Source: Corallococcus silvisoli (GTDB taxonomy: Bacteria; Myxococcota; Myxococcia; Myxococcales; Myxococcaceae). From it: a stretch of DNA of 64,000 nt. The notes beneath the pieces are model-generated. The model was given only the letters and a program-made list of their open reading frames with translations. It searched no databases and had not been told where the DNA came from. The stretch is from NCBI RefSeq assembly GCF_009909145.1, contig NZ_JAAAPJ010000005.1, positions 464,470 to 528,469 on the forward strand, in the 5' to 3' direction. Numbering within the stretch: the stretch's first letter is position 1; each line of letters starts with the position of its first letter. Both the position numbers and the translations under genes were made by a program. Positions 17,878 through 27,746 of the stretch are shown here, piece by piece.

Positions 17878-19758
17878 TTAGCGGCCCTGCGCTGTCGAGG
17901 GTAGCGCCTTCAACTTGCGCTCCAGCGTGGCGCGCTGATCGGCGGGTTCGGCGGCCTCCGGCTCCAGCGTCAGCACCTCCAGGGCCCGCCGCCAGGCCCG
18001 GGCGGCCTCCGGGGCATGGCCCGCCTTGAGGTGCGCGTCTCCCAGGTGCTCCAGGATGGCGGGTTCGTCGGGCGCCAGCTCCGCCGCGCGCGCCAGCGCC
18101 TCCACGGCCTTCTTCGCGTCGCCGCGCTGGAAGTACACCCACCCCAGCGAATCCACGTAGGCCGCGCTGTCGGGCCGGAGCGCCAGGGCGCGGCGCACCA
18201 GCCGCTCCGCCTCGTCCAGGTCCCGTCCCCGCTGCGCGAGCACATAGCCCATGAAGTTCATCGCCGCGGCGTGGTCCGGCGCCAGCGCGAGCACCGCCCG
18301 CATGCGGTTGAGCGCTCCGCCGACGTCGCCCTGGCGCTCCATCAGGGCGCCCAGGGAGAAGAGCAGGTCCTGGTTCCGGGGCGCCTTCGAGACGGCCTCC
18401 CTCAGGAGCGCGAGCGCGTCCGGCGCGCGGCCCTGCCGCTCCAGCAGGGTGGCCAGCGCCTCGTACGCCAGCGCGGCGCCCTCCCCGCCCAGCGCCTCGC
18501 GCAGCACGCCCTCCGCCTTCGACGCCGAGCCGCCGCGCTCCAGCGCCCGGGCATAGGCGACGCGCGCCTCCAGGTCCTCCGGCGACTCCGCCATGGCGGC
18601 GCGGTAGAGCGCCAGCGCGCGCGGGTGGTCCCCCGACAGCGACAGGCACCGGGCCTGGCGCAGGCGGGCGTCGGGGAACACCTCCGAATCCGGGGCCACG
18701 GCGGCGAAGTCCCGGGCGGCGGCGGCGAAGCGGCGCGTCCGCTCGGCGACGAGGCCCGCGTAGTACGCCAGCCGGGGCTCGTCCGGCGTCTCCTTCCTCG
18801 CGGCCTCCAGCACGGCCTCGGCGGCGGCGGATTCGTGCGCGGACAGGTAGCTGAAGGCCACCCGCACCGCCAGCTCCGGAGAGCTGGACAGGGACAGGAG
18901 CCGGTCGAAGTACGCCCGGGCCCGCGTCACCGAGCCCCCCTTGAGCGCGGCCCTCCCCGCGGACAGCAGCACCTCGCGGCTGTCGGGATCCGCCTCCAGC
19001 GCGCGAGCGAGCGCGTCCTCCGCGTCCTTCGGGCGCCCCGCGTCCTCGTGCAGCCGGGCCAGCGTGGACCACACCTCCACGTCGCCCGGGTCGCGCTCGG
19101 CGGCCTTCGTGAGCAGCCGCTCGGCGCGGGCCGTGTCGCCGCGCTCGGCCAGCACCAGCCCCAGCCGCCGGTAACCGGAGGCCTCTCCGGGCAGCGCGTG
19201 CGCGAGCGCCTCCACCACCTTCACGGCCTCGTCCGGCGCCTTCGCGTCCAGGTGCAGCTGGGACAGCACCAGGTACGCCTCGGGCTCGCGCGGGCGCAGC
19301 GACAGCGCCCGGCGCAGGTGTTGGCGCGCGCGCGCCGGCCGGCCGGCCTCCATCAGCACCCGGCCCAGGAGCACGTGGGCGGGGTAGTACGTGGGGGCCC
19401 TGTCCACGGCCCGGCGCAGCTCGCGCTCGGCGCGCTCCAGGTCGCCCAGCCGCGCGTACTCCTCGCCCAGTTGGGTGAGCAGGCGCGGGTTGCCGTCGTC
19501 GGTGGCGAGCGCGAGCCGAAGCTCGTCCACCGCGCCCCGGTGGTTGCCCTCCAGGTGCATCAACCGCGCCTGGAGGTAGTGCGCGTAGCTGGCGGACGAC
19601 GCGGCCGGCTCGTCGTCGCGCTCCCCCGAATCCATGGCCTCGCGCATCGCCTCGCGGTCGACGTGCGGGGTCTTCCTCGCGGGGACGGCCCCCGCGCCGC
19701 CGGCGGCCAGGGCGAGGCACAGCACGGCGGCACGGCTGAGGAGCGGGAGCGGGCGCAC
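17878..19758 (-). CDS. Secreted multi-TPR repeat protein
   Basis: More than 12 TPR-like repeats across about 600 aa. N-terminal hydrophobic signal LPLLSRAAVLCLALAAGGAGAV. The start is uncertain (GTG at 19758, 5 nt after the kinase stop, or an upstream in-frame ATG at 19929 that overlaps the kinase gene). Confidence 0.55.
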   Translation of the reverse strand: MRPLPLLSRAAVLCLALAAGGAGAVPARKTPHVDREAMREAMDSGERDDEPAASSASYAHYLQARLMHLEGNHRGAVDELRLALATDDGNPRLLTQLGEEYARLGDLERAERELRRAVDRAPTYYPAHVLLGRVLMEAGRPARARQHLRRALSLRPREPEAYLVLSQLHLDAKAPDEAVKVVEALAHALPGEASGYRRLGLVLAERGDTARAERLLTKAAERDPGDVEVWSTLARLHEDAGRPKDAEDALARALEADPDSREVLLSAGRAALKGGSVTRARAYFDRLLSLSSSPELAVRVAFSYLSAHESAAAEAVLEAARKETPDEPRLAYYAGLVAERTRRFAAAARDFAAVAPDSEVFPDARLRQARCLSLSGDHPRALALYRAAMAESPEDLEARVAYARALERGGSASKAEGVLREALGGEGAALAYEALATLLERQGRAPDALALLREAVSKAPRNQDLLFSLGALMERQGDVGGALNRMRAVLALAPDHAAAMNFMGYVLAQRGRDLDEAERLVRRALALRPDSAAYVDSLGWVYFQRGDAKKAVEALARAAELAPDEPAILEHLGDAHLKAGHAPEAARAWRRALEVLTLEPEAAEPADQRATLERKLKALPSTAQGR

Positions 19759-19763
19759 GCGGG

Positions 19764-22277
19764 CTAGTGGACCTCCGGAGGGGGCGCCCCCAGCTTCTCC
19801 AGCAGCTTCTCCACCGGGTCGCTGTCCTGGCTGACGTCCGCCATGGCGGCCCGGTATTCGATGGAGGTCACCTTCTCCACGTCCGGCATCAGGCGGTTGA
19901 TGACCGTGCGCGCGGCGTCCGCGTTGCACTCGGGCAGCACCACCGCGAAGACGCCCTGCCCCAGGTGGGCGATGGCGTCCGGGTGGCGAACCCGCTTGCG
20001 CATCACGTCCCCCATGTTGGGGGGCATCACGTCCAGCTCCCGGTCCGGGCGGAGCACCGCCAGCGTGAGCGCGCGGTGGTAGCGCCGGCTGCGGGCCACC
20101 TCCTGCTCCAGCCTCAGGAGCAGGCCGCGGCGGTCGTGCAGCCCCGTCGCGGGATCGCTGCCGGTGCGCCTCTGGAGCGCGGACGACTTGTCCTGCTGGT
20201 CCTTCTCCCCCTGGCGCAGCTTGAGGGCGCGCTCGGTGCGGTTGAGCAGCTCCACCGCGTTGAAGGGCTTGGCCATGTAGTCCACCGCGCCCAGGTTGAG
20301 GGCGCGGACCTTGTCGGCCACGCCCTGGTGGGCGGACAGGAGGATGACGGGGATGTGCGCCGTGTCCGACGAGGACTTGAGCGCCATGGCCGCGTCCAGG
20401 CCGTCCAGCTTGGGCAGGAACACGTCCATCACGACCAGGTCCGGACGCGACGCGCGCGCCTTCGCCAGGCCCTCCGCGCCGTCGCGCGCCACCTCCACGC
20501 GGTACTTCGAGCGCAGCACTTCCGACAGGACCGCGGCGATCTCCGGCTCGTCCTCCACCACCAGCACGCGCGGCTGCTCGGGCGCGGCGCCCGGCACGGG
20601 CTGCGGCCGGGGGTTGCGCGCGGCCTCCTGCGCCAGGGGCAGCGTGAAGACGAAGGTGCAGCCGCCGTCGGCCGGGCTCTCCGCCCAGATTTCACCGCCG
20701 TGCAGCTCCACGAACTCCTTGCAGATGGCCAGCCCCAGCCCCGTGCCCTTGGGCCCGTGCCGGTAGCGGTCGAACACCAGGTGCAGCTCGTCCGGGGGGA
20801 TGCCCACCCCGTTGTCGCTCACCATCACCCGCACCGCGTCGCCGTCCGGCCGCGACAGCCGCTGCGTGCGCACCACCACCTCGCCCGGTTCGCTGGCGTG
20901 CTGGATGGCGTTGCTGATGAGGTTCTGCAACACCTCGTGCAGCTTCACCTCGTCGCCAATCAGCATCAGGCTGTCGGGGCACTCGGAGCGCAGCGCCACG
21001 GCCTTCTCCGCGGCCAGGATCTCCAGCTCCGCCACGGCGTCGCGGCACAGCTGCGCCACGTCCAGCACGCGGGGCTCGATGGACAGCCGCGCCGCCTCGC
21101 CCTTGCCCTTCTCCAGCAGGGACTCGACCAGGGTGAGGATCTTCCGGCCCTGGCGGATCATCGCCTCCGCGGACTGCTTCTGCTGGACCTCCAGCGGCCC
21201 TTCCAGCAAGAGCCGGCCGTGGCCCAGGAGCACCTGGAGGGGCGCGCGCAGGTCGTGGCTGCACACCGCGATGATCTCATCCTTGAGGCGGTTGAGCTCC
21301 TTCAGCCGGCGGTTCGCGTCGTTGAGCTCGCGGTAGCGCTCCACGTACGCCAGCTCCAGGTCCTCGCGCTTCTTCTTCACCGCCGTGTGCAGGCGCGCGT
21401 TGCGGATGGAGTTGGCGAGCACGCCCGCCACCGCCTCCGCGAACTCCTGCTCGTCGCGCCCGATGGACGCCTCGCCCTTGGACACGCGCAGGAAGAGCGC
21501 GCCCAGCAGGTCGTCCTGGCAGATGAGCGGCTGGACCAGGATGGACTTCACGCCCTGCGGCAGCAGCGACGTGCGCACCTCCGCCATCAGCGGATCGCGC
21601 TGCGCCTCTTCAATCAAGACGGGCTGGCGCGTCTCCAGCGCGCGGCGCAGCTCCGGGTAGCGCGCCACCTCGATGTCCAGTTGGACGAGGCTGGGGTCCT
21701 CCTGCGTCGCCACCACCGCGGCCGTGCGCGCGTGGCTGCCCTCCACCAGCACCACCGAGCAGCGATCCGTCCCGGTGACCTGCCCCACCTTCTCCACCGC
21801 GATGCGGAGGATCTCCTCCAGCTCCAGGGAGCTGGTCGCCGCCTGGGTGATCTCCAGCAGCATCCCCATGCGCAGGCGGATCCGCTCCTCGCGCTCCTTG
21901 AGCCGCCAGGCGCGCAGCGCGGACTCCAACCGGGGCACCAGCTCATCCGCGCCGCGCACGAAGTCGTCCACCGCCAGCCGCTTGAACGCCTCCGCCGAAC
22001 GCGCGCGGCCCTGGTCCACCAGCACCGGCAGCCGGTTCAGCTTGTCCACCTTGCGCACCGTCTCCAGCAGCTCGGCCGCGCGCTTGGCCGTCACCGACAG
22101 GAGCACCACCTCCGGCTGGAGCTGATCCACCATCTCCGCCAGACCCGTCTCCCGCTCGGTGGAGGCGCACTGATAGCCGCTCGCGGTGAGGCGCTCCACG
22201 AGCGCGTCACCCGCGGCCTTCGCCGCCAGCACCAGCACCCGTCCCCGCTGTTCAGACGACAACATCTCGATCCTCAC
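19764..22277 (-). CDS. Hybrid sensor histidine kinase: N-terminal receiver-like region, GAF, HisKA/HATPase, receiver, C-terminal degenerate GGDEF-like domain
   Basis: H-box CSHDLRAPLQVL. HATPase G-boxes DNGVGIP and GLGLAICKEFVELHGGEIWAES. The receiver is RVLVVEDEPEIAAVL...DLVVMDVFLPKLDG. The C-terminus, LHDRRGLLLRLEQEVARSRRYHRALTLAVLRPD, resembles a GGDEF fold but lacks the GG(D/E)EF motif. Confidence 0.8.
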   Translation of the reverse strand: MRIEMLSSEQRGRVLVLAAKAAGDALVERLTASGYQCASTERETGLAEMVDQLQPEVVLLSVTAKRAAELLETVRKVDKLNRLPVLVDQGRARSAEAFKRLAVDDFVRGADELVPRLESALRAWRLKEREERIRLRMGMLLEITQAATSSLELEEILRIAVEKVGQVTGTDRCSVVLVEGSHARTAAVVATQEDPSLVQLDIEVARYPELRRALETRQPVLIEEAQRDPLMAEVRTSLLPQGVKSILVQPLICQDDLLGALFLRVSKGEASIGRDEQEFAEAVAGVLANSIRNARLHTAVKKKREDLELAYVERYRELNDANRRLKELNRLKDEIIAVCSHDLRAPLQVLLGHGRLLLEGPLEVQQKQSAEAMIRQGRKILTLVESLLEKGKGEAARLSIEPRVLDVAQLCRDAVAELEILAAEKAVALRSECPDSLMLIGDEVKLHEVLQNLISNAIQHASEPGEVVVRTQRLSRPDGDAVRVMVSDNGVGIPPDELHLVFDRYRHGPKGTGLGLAICKEFVELHGGEIWAESPADGGCTFVFTLPLAQEAARNPRPQPVPGAAPEQPRVLVVEDEPEIAAVLSEVLRSKYRVEVARDGAEGLAKARASRPDLVVMDVFLPKLDGLDAAMALKSSSDTAHIPVILLSAHQGVADKVRALNLGAVDYMAKPFNAVELLNRTERALKLRQGEKDQQDKSSALQRRTGSDPATGLHDRRGLLLRLEQEVARSRRYHRALTLAVLRPDRELDVMPPNMGDVMRKRVRHPDAIAHLGQGVFAVVLPECNADAARTVINRLMPDVEKVTSIEYRAAMADVSQDSDPVEKLLEKLGAPPPEVH

Positions 22278-22781
22278 GGCGCGCCTCCGCCCCGCCCAGA
22301 CAGGGAACGACGTCGCGGAAGCCCGTTGGGTGCGTAAGGGGTCATGGTCGATTCTGGATCATGCCGTCTAACCCGTCCGTGAGCCAGCGGATGAACGGGG
22401 CTCTCCGAGAGAGAGGGGTGAGAGAAGGGGCGCGACGTATACCCCGGCCCGACGTCCGCGCCGCGGAATCCCGCTCGCGATGACGGGCCGGTGACCGGGG
22501 AGCACCCGCGGTCTCCTCCCTCGGGAGGATGGGAAAAAGCCGCCGGAACGCCACGGCTGTGACTTTCTTCCCCCACCGCGTCCCTGCGCCTGCCTGGAGG
22601 GCCGGTCGGCAGGCAGGAGGGACCCGGGGTGGGTGCGGTTCACCGGGGCCCTGGAAGCCCTCTCCGACGGGGTCTCCAGGCCGCTTCGCGATCAGGAATG
22701 GGGGATGGAGGCGGGGGTGGCCCCGGACGGAAAGGCCGGGCCCCGCCCGCTTCCCAGGGGAGCGCGGTAGAGTGTGGAACC

Positions 22782-24341
22782 ATGCACTCCGTTCCTTCGC
22801 GCCCGTCCGCGCCCCGGGCCCTCCTGGCCATGCTCACCTTCTGCGCTTCCGTGCTCGCCGCCTGTGGGGACCCGAAGCCGCCGCCCGTGCCGGACCCTCC
22901 GGTGGTGTCCCTCAACGTCCCGCAGCCCAACTCGGCGACGCCCACGTTGACGGTGCGGGTCATCGTGTCCGGCTGTGACGCGGTCGCCCGCGTGGACATC
23001 TATGACCAGGACACGTTCCTCAAGACGGTCCCGTACACGAGCGGGTCCATGGACTTCGAGCTCGCCGCGAACGAGATCAAGTACACCCGGGGCCTCGCGG
23101 TCAGCCTGTCGCTCAACGCGCGGGCGACGTGCGCGGACGGCCGGACGAACGTGTCGCAGCCCGCGTCGGCGACGTTCCTGCCGGTGACCAAGGTGGTGAA
23201 GGACCCGGACCCCAACGGCCAGGTGGTGACGGACTTCTTCATCACCGAGGGCACCGGCGCGAACATCTCCTTCATCGGCTGCGGCAACCCCACCACTGGC
23301 AGCGGCACGCTCTTCCGCGTGGACGCCGCGGGGGTCCTGCGCAACTCGGTGGAGATGGGCATCCCGTGCAGCGCGGCCACGGTCATCACCCCCATCAACC
23401 CGAGCAGCGGCAAGCGGTGGGTGTGGACGCCCGGCGCTGGCGCGGTGGCGGTGGACGCCAACTTCACCATCACCGGCCGCACCTCGCCGACCTACTTCCT
23501 GGTCAGCCTGTCGGTGATGAGCAACGGCGACGCGCTGGTGCGCGACCGGTACACGGTCTCCCGCCTCAAGCACACCAACGCGGGCGGCACCTTCCAGTGG
23601 ACGTACAAGGGCGCCGTGCTGGGGCCCATCGCCCCGCCGCAGGAGAAGGGCCAGCAGGTGCTGGTGCCCTACGTGGCGCAGCTGGAGTTCTCCCAGGTGC
23701 CCCAGGTCATCGTGGCCTACCTGGACGCGAACGGCACCAGCCAGGAGCTGCAGCCGGTGCAGGAGCGGAAGATCTACGCCTACAACGGCCAGCTGGATGC
23801 GCCGCCCGTCACCACGTTCAGCGCCGACGGGTCGACCATCTACTTCGCGTTCCTCTTCGGCAACAACCAGTCGCGCGTGCAGGCCTGCTCCACGGACCTG
23901 GAGGGCTGCGAGGGCGCCGCGTTCAAGTGGGCGAGCCCCACGCTCCCCGTGCCCATCAACTTCCTCCTGCCCTACTCGGCGGGCTCGCGGATCGCGGCCA
24001 TTGGCACGCAGCGGGTGTGGTTCCTCGACGCGACGAACGGCATCGTCACCAACAAGGGCGGCACCTCCGTGGACGCGTCCGGCAAGCTGCGCATCGTCCA
24101 GGTGCAGCTGGGCCAGCCGACCAGCCCGGAGTTCTACCTGCTGAACGCCCCGGACGTGGCGGGCGTCCTGCCGCAGGAGATCGTCGCGGTGGACGCCTCC
24201 GAGAAGGGCGAGCTGTTCCGTTACGAGGTCTCCAGCAGCCTGTCCTGCTCCGTGGATGACACCGGGCGGCTGTGGATGCGCGTGGGCAAGAACCTGGTCC
24301 AGGCGCTGCCGCTGAGCGAGTACCGCGCGGTCCGCAAGTAG
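22782..24341 (+). CDS. Hypothetical secreted lipoprotein (519 aa), beta-rich
   Basis: Start at MHSVPS. The lipobox is LAAC within MLTFCASVLAACGDPK. No recognised catalytic motif. G/T/N-rich beta-strand-like composition. Confidence 0.6.
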   Translation: MHSVPSRPSAPRALLAMLTFCASVLAACGDPKPPPVPDPPVVSLNVPQPNSATPTLTVRVIVSGCDAVARVDIYDQDTFLKTVPYTSGSMDFELAANEIKYTRGLAVSLSLNARATCADGRTNVSQPASATFLPVTKVVKDPDPNGQVVTDFFITEGTGANISFIGCGNPTTGSGTLFRVDAAGVLRNSVEMGIPCSAATVITPINPSSGKRWVWTPGAGAVAVDANFTITGRTSPTYFLVSLSVMSNGDALVRDRYTVSRLKHTNAGGTFQWTYKGAVLGPIAPPQEKGQQVLVPYVAQLEFSQVPQVIVAYLDANGTSQELQPVQERKIYAYNGQLDAPPVTTFSADGSTIYFAFLFGNNQSRVQACSTDLEGCEGAAFKWASPTLPVPINFLLPYSAGSRIAAIGTQRVWFLDATNGIVTNKGGTSVDASGKLRIVQVQLGQPTSPEFYLLNAPDVAGVLPQEIVAVDASEKGELFRYEVSSSLSCSVDDTGRLWMRVGKNLVQALPLSEYRAVRK

Positions 24342-24359
24342 CGGCCCGCGGCGAGAGCG

Positions 24360-25100
24360 TCAGGGCCTGTCGGCGACGAGGAGCGCTTCCACGTTGCCGG
24401 CGGGCCCGGGCACGGGCGAGTCCATCACCCCGCGCACGGCGAGCCCCTGCTCGCGCACGAACGCCGTCACCGTATCGATGGCGTCCTGCCGAGCCGCCGG
24501 GTCGCGCACCACGCCGCCCTTGCCCACCCGCTCCGGCCCCACCTCGAACTGGGGCTTCACCAGCGCCACCAGCAGGCCGCCCGGCGACAGGAACGTCAGC
24601 ACCGACGGCAGCACCTGGGTGAGCGAGATGAAGCTCACGTCGATGACGACCACGCCCACCTTCTCCGGCAGGTCCTCCTCCGTGAGGTAGCGCGCGTTGA
24701 CCCGCTCGCGCGAGCGCACGCGCGGGTCGGTCCGGAGCTTCTCGTGGAGCTGGCCGTAGCCCACGTCGATGGCGTGCACCCGCACCGCGCCGTGCTGGAG
24801 CAGGCAGTCCGTGAAGCCCCCCGTGCTGGCGCCGATGTCCGCGCCCACCCGGCCCGCCACGTCCAGGCCGAAGCGGTCCATCGCCGCCTTGAGCTTGAGG
24901 CCTCCGCGCGAGACGTACGGCAGCACCTCGCCCTTGAGGCGCAGCTCCGCCTCCACCGGCACCAGCGCGCCGGGCTTGTCCACGCGCTGATCCGCCACCA
25001 CCACCTGGCCCGCGAGGATGAGCGCCTGGGCCTTGGTGCGCGACTCGGCCAGCCCGCGCTCCACCACCAGCACATCCACCCGCTCCTTCTTCGGCTTCAC
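24360..25100 (-). CDS. tlyA: TlyA family rRNA (cytidine-2'-O)-methyltransferase / hemolysin A
   Basis: S4 RNA-binding N-terminus RVDVLVVERGLAESRTKAQALILAGQVVV, then an FtsJ-type SAM MTase (VGADIGASTGGFTDCLLQHGA...VIDVSFISL). GTG start overlapping the dxs stop (GTGA). The long N-terminal extension in the ORF track is rejected. Confidence 0.8.
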   Translation of the reverse strand: MKPKKERVDVLVVERGLAESRTKAQALILAGQVVVADQRVDKPGALVPVEAELRLKGEVLPYVSRGGLKLKAAMDRFGLDVAGRVGADIGASTGGFTDCLLQHGAVRVHAIDVGYGQLHEKLRTDPRVRSRERVNARYLTEEDLPEKVGVVVIDVSFISLTQVLPSVLTFLSPGGLLVALVKPQFEVGPERVGKGGVVRDPAARQDAIDTVTAFVREQGLAVRGVMDSPVPGPAGNVEALLVADRP

Positions 25101-26848
25101 GGGGCCTCCTCTCCCAGCAGCACCCGGCCCGCGTGTCGCAGGCCCGCCGCGTCCAGTCCCAGCTGCGCCCGCTGCACGCGCGCGTCTCCGTGCGGAAGGA
25201 ACACGTCCGGCATGCCCAGGAGCTTCACCCGGGGGGCCACGCCCGCCGCCGCGTACAGCTCCAGCAGCGCGCTGCCCAACCCGCCCCGGGTGGTGCCCTC
25301 CTCCGCCACCACCACGTGCCCGCCCGCCGCGGCCTCCAGCAGCGCGGCCTCGTCCAGGGGCCACGCCTGGCGCGCGTCGAGCACGCTCCAGTCCGGCTCG
25401 CTCCGCGCGGCCTCCAGCGCGGACAGGCCCAGCGGGCCCAGCGTCACCAGCGTCAGGCGGGACGCGGCCGGGCGCTTCAGCCAGCGGGCCCCCGACACCG
25501 GGGCCTCGCCCGGCGACAGCTCCGGGGGAGCCTCCGGCAACGTGCCCCGAGGGAAGCGCAGCACCGACGGCCCGGGAGCCTGGAGCGCCGTGGCGAGCAG
25601 CGGCGCCAGGTCCTCGCCCACCACTGGCGCCCACTGCGTGAGGCCCGGCAGCGGCCGGAGGAAGGACACGTCGTAGGCGCCCTGGTGCGTGGCGCCGTCC
25701 GCGCCCACGAGCCCCGCGCGATCCACCGCGAAGACGACGGGCAACCCCGGCAGGCACACGTCGTGGACCACCTGGTCATACGCGCGCTGGAGGAACGTGG
25801 AGTAGATGACACAGACCGGCTTCGCCCCCGCCGCGGCCAGCCCCGCGCAGAAGGTGACGGCGTGCTGCTCCGCGATGCCGACGTCGTGCACGCGGTCCGG
25901 GAAGCGCGCCTTGAGGCCGGTGAGCGCGCTGCCCTCCAGCATCGCGGGCGTCACCGCCACCACGCGCGGATCCTTCTCCAGGGCCTCGCCCAGCACCTGG
26001 GCGAAGGCCTCGCTGAACGTGGGCCGGCCTCCGCGAGAGCGCACGAGCTTGCCGTCGCGCCACTCGTACGGCCCCATCGCGTGGCCGCGCGTCACCTCGT
26101 CCGCTTCCGCGGGAGGAAAGCCGCGGCCCTTCTTCGTCAGCGCGTGCACCACCACCGGGCGCGAGGAGGCCTTCGCCTCGCGCAGCGCGCGCGTGAGGGC
26201 GCCCAGGTCGTGCCCGTCCACCGGGCCCAGGTAGGTGAAGCCCAGCGACTCGAAGAAGGCCCGGGCGTTGCGCGTGCGGAGCAGCGCGGGGATGGCGCCC
26301 ACGTTCGCGCTGATGGACATCTGGTTGTCGTTGACCACGACGACCAGCGGCAGGGGACTTCCACCCGCGTTGTTGAGACCCTCGAAGCTCAGACCGCCGG
26401 TGAGCGCGCCGTCGCCCACCACCGCCACCACGTGGCCCGAGTGCCCCAGCTGCCGCCGGCCAGAGAGCAGGCCCAGCGCCGCGGAGATGGCCGTGCAGGC
26501 ATGGCCCGCGGCCAGCGCGTCATGGGGGCTCTCGCGCGGGTCCAGGAACGGCGCGATGCCTCCCGCCTGCCGGAGCGTGTGCATGCGCTCCTGCCGGCCG
26601 GTGAGCAGCTTGTGCGCGTACGCCTGGTGCCCCACGTCGAAGAAGAGCGCGTCCTGGGGCGTGTGGAAGACGCGGTGCAGGGCCACCACCAGCTCCACCG
26701 CGCCCAGCGACGCGCCCAGGTGTCCGCCCACGCGGCCACACAGGGTGATGATGGCTTCGCGCAGGGCGTCGCACAGGCCGGGCAGCGCGTCCTCGGGGAG
26801 CGCGCGCACATCCGCGGGAGAGGCCACTCCGGACAGCACGTCCGCCAT
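25097..26848 (-). CDS. dxs: 1-deoxy-D-xylulose-5-phosphate synthase
   Basis: TPP-binding GDG region HVVAVVGDGALTGG. Transketolase-like middle and C-terminal domains, 583 aa. The N-terminus is MADVLSGVASPADVRALPEDALPGLCDALREAII. Confidence 0.9.
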   Translation of the reverse strand: MADVLSGVASPADVRALPEDALPGLCDALREAIITLCGRVGGHLGASLGAVELVVALHRVFHTPQDALFFDVGHQAYAHKLLTGRQERMHTLRQAGGIAPFLDPRESPHDALAAGHACTAISAALGLLSGRRQLGHSGHVVAVVGDGALTGGLSFEGLNNAGGSPLPLVVVVNDNQMSISANVGAIPALLRTRNARAFFESLGFTYLGPVDGHDLGALTRALREAKASSRPVVVHALTKKGRGFPPAEADEVTRGHAMGPYEWRDGKLVRSRGGRPTFSEAFAQVLGEALEKDPRVVAVTPAMLEGSALTGLKARFPDRVHDVGIAEQHAVTFCAGLAAAGAKPVCVIYSTFLQRAYDQVVHDVCLPGLPVVFAVDRAGLVGADGATHQGAYDVSFLRPLPGLTQWAPVVGEDLAPLLATALQAPGPSVLRFPRGTLPEAPPELSPGEAPVSGARWLKRPAASRLTLVTLGPLGLSALEAARSEPDWSVLDARQAWPLDEAALLEAAAGGHVVVAEEGTTRGGLGSALLELYAAAGVAPRVKLLGMPDVFLPHGDARVQRAQLGLDAAGLRHAGRVLLGEEAP

Positions 26849-27741
26849 CAGGACTTCCGCTCCACCGAGTAGCGCGCCAGCGCCGCCAGCGGTCCGTCCG
26901 CGCCCTCCAGGGGCAGGACCGCGGCCTGGGCCCGGGCCACCAGCTCATCCGCCATGCGCCGCGACGCCTCCAGCCCCATCACCGCCGGGAAGGTGAAGCG
27001 CCCGGCTTCCGCGTCCGCGCCCACGGGCTTGCCCATCGCCTCCGCGCTCGACGTCACGTCCAGCACGTCGTCGGCGATCTGGAAGGCCAGGCCCACCGCG
27101 TCGCCGTAGGACTCCGCGCTCGCCAGCGCCGCCGCGTCGCCGCCGGCCGCCACCACGCCCATCCGGCACGCCGCGCGGATGAGCGCGCCCGTCTTCAGCC
27201 GGTGCAGCCGCAGCAGGTAGTCCAGCGTCGCGGCCCGGTCCTTCGCGATGTCCAGCACCTGGCCGCCCACCATCCCGAATGCGCCCGCCGCGCGCGCCAG
27301 CTCCCCGCACAGCGCGCCACGCACCGGCTCCGGTCCGGACGCCAGGAGCCCGAAGGCCTCCGTGAGCAGCCCATCCCCGGCCAGCAGGGCCAGCGGCTCG
27401 CCGTAGACCTTGTGGTTCGTGGGCTGGCCCCGGCGCAGGTCGTCGTTGTCCAGGCAGGGCAGGTCGTCGTGCACCAGCGAATACGTGTGCACGTACTCCA
27501 GCGAGCACGCGGCATCCAGGACCACCGCGCTGACGGTGCTGGCCTTCGCCACCGCGTCCGCGAAGCCCAGGCACAGCACGGGCCGCAGCCGCTTGCCCCC
27601 CGCCAGCAGCGAGTAGCGCATGGACTCCAGCAGGGCGGGCGGCGTCCCCGCGGGGGCGAGCCGATCCGCGCGCTCGCGCAACAGCGCTTCCACCCGTTCC
27701 TGGTGCGAACGCATGAAGGGTTCCAGGTTGAAAGCGGCCAT
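26848..27741 (-). CDS. ispA: Geranyl/farnesyl diphosphate synthase (polyprenyl synthetase)
   Basis: First Asp-rich motif LVHDDLPCLDNDDLRRG and second motif FQIADDVLDV. The stop overlaps the dxs start (TGATG). The start is ATG at 27741, 4 nt downstream of the receiver gene stop. Confidence 0.85.
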   Translation of the reverse strand: MAAFNLEPFMRSHQERVEALLRERADRLAPAGTPPALLESMRYSLLAGGKRLRPVLCLGFADAVAKASTVSAVVLDAACSLEYVHTYSLVHDDLPCLDNDDLRRGQPTNHKVYGEPLALLAGDGLLTEAFGLLASGPEPVRGALCGELARAAGAFGMVGGQVLDIAKDRAATLDYLLRLHRLKTGALIRAACRMGVVAAGGDAAALASAESYGDAVGLAFQIADDVLDVTSSAEAMGKPVGADAEAGRFTFPAVMGLEASRRMADELVARAQAAVLPLEGADGPLAALARYSVERKS

Positions 27742-27746
27742 CGGCT

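Noticed and set aside
17525-19720. 731-aa minus-strand ORF overlapping the TPR protein gene in another frame
   Set aside because: Same strand but a different frame from the TPR gene. Product is an R/G/A/P low-complexity string. The TPR frame has regular 34-residue repeats.
19767-22337. 856-aa plus-strand ORF
   Set aside because: Antisense to the hybrid histidine kinase, whose H-box, G-boxes and receiver motifs are all on the minus strand.
24360-25757. 465-aa extended version of tlyA
   Set aside because: The N-terminal 219 aa overlap the 3' end of dxs in another frame and are Gly/Arg/Ala junk. TlyA homology begins at the GTG that forms a GTGA overlap with the dxs stop.
25133-26872. 579-aa plus-strand ORF
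   Set aside because: Antisense to dxs.
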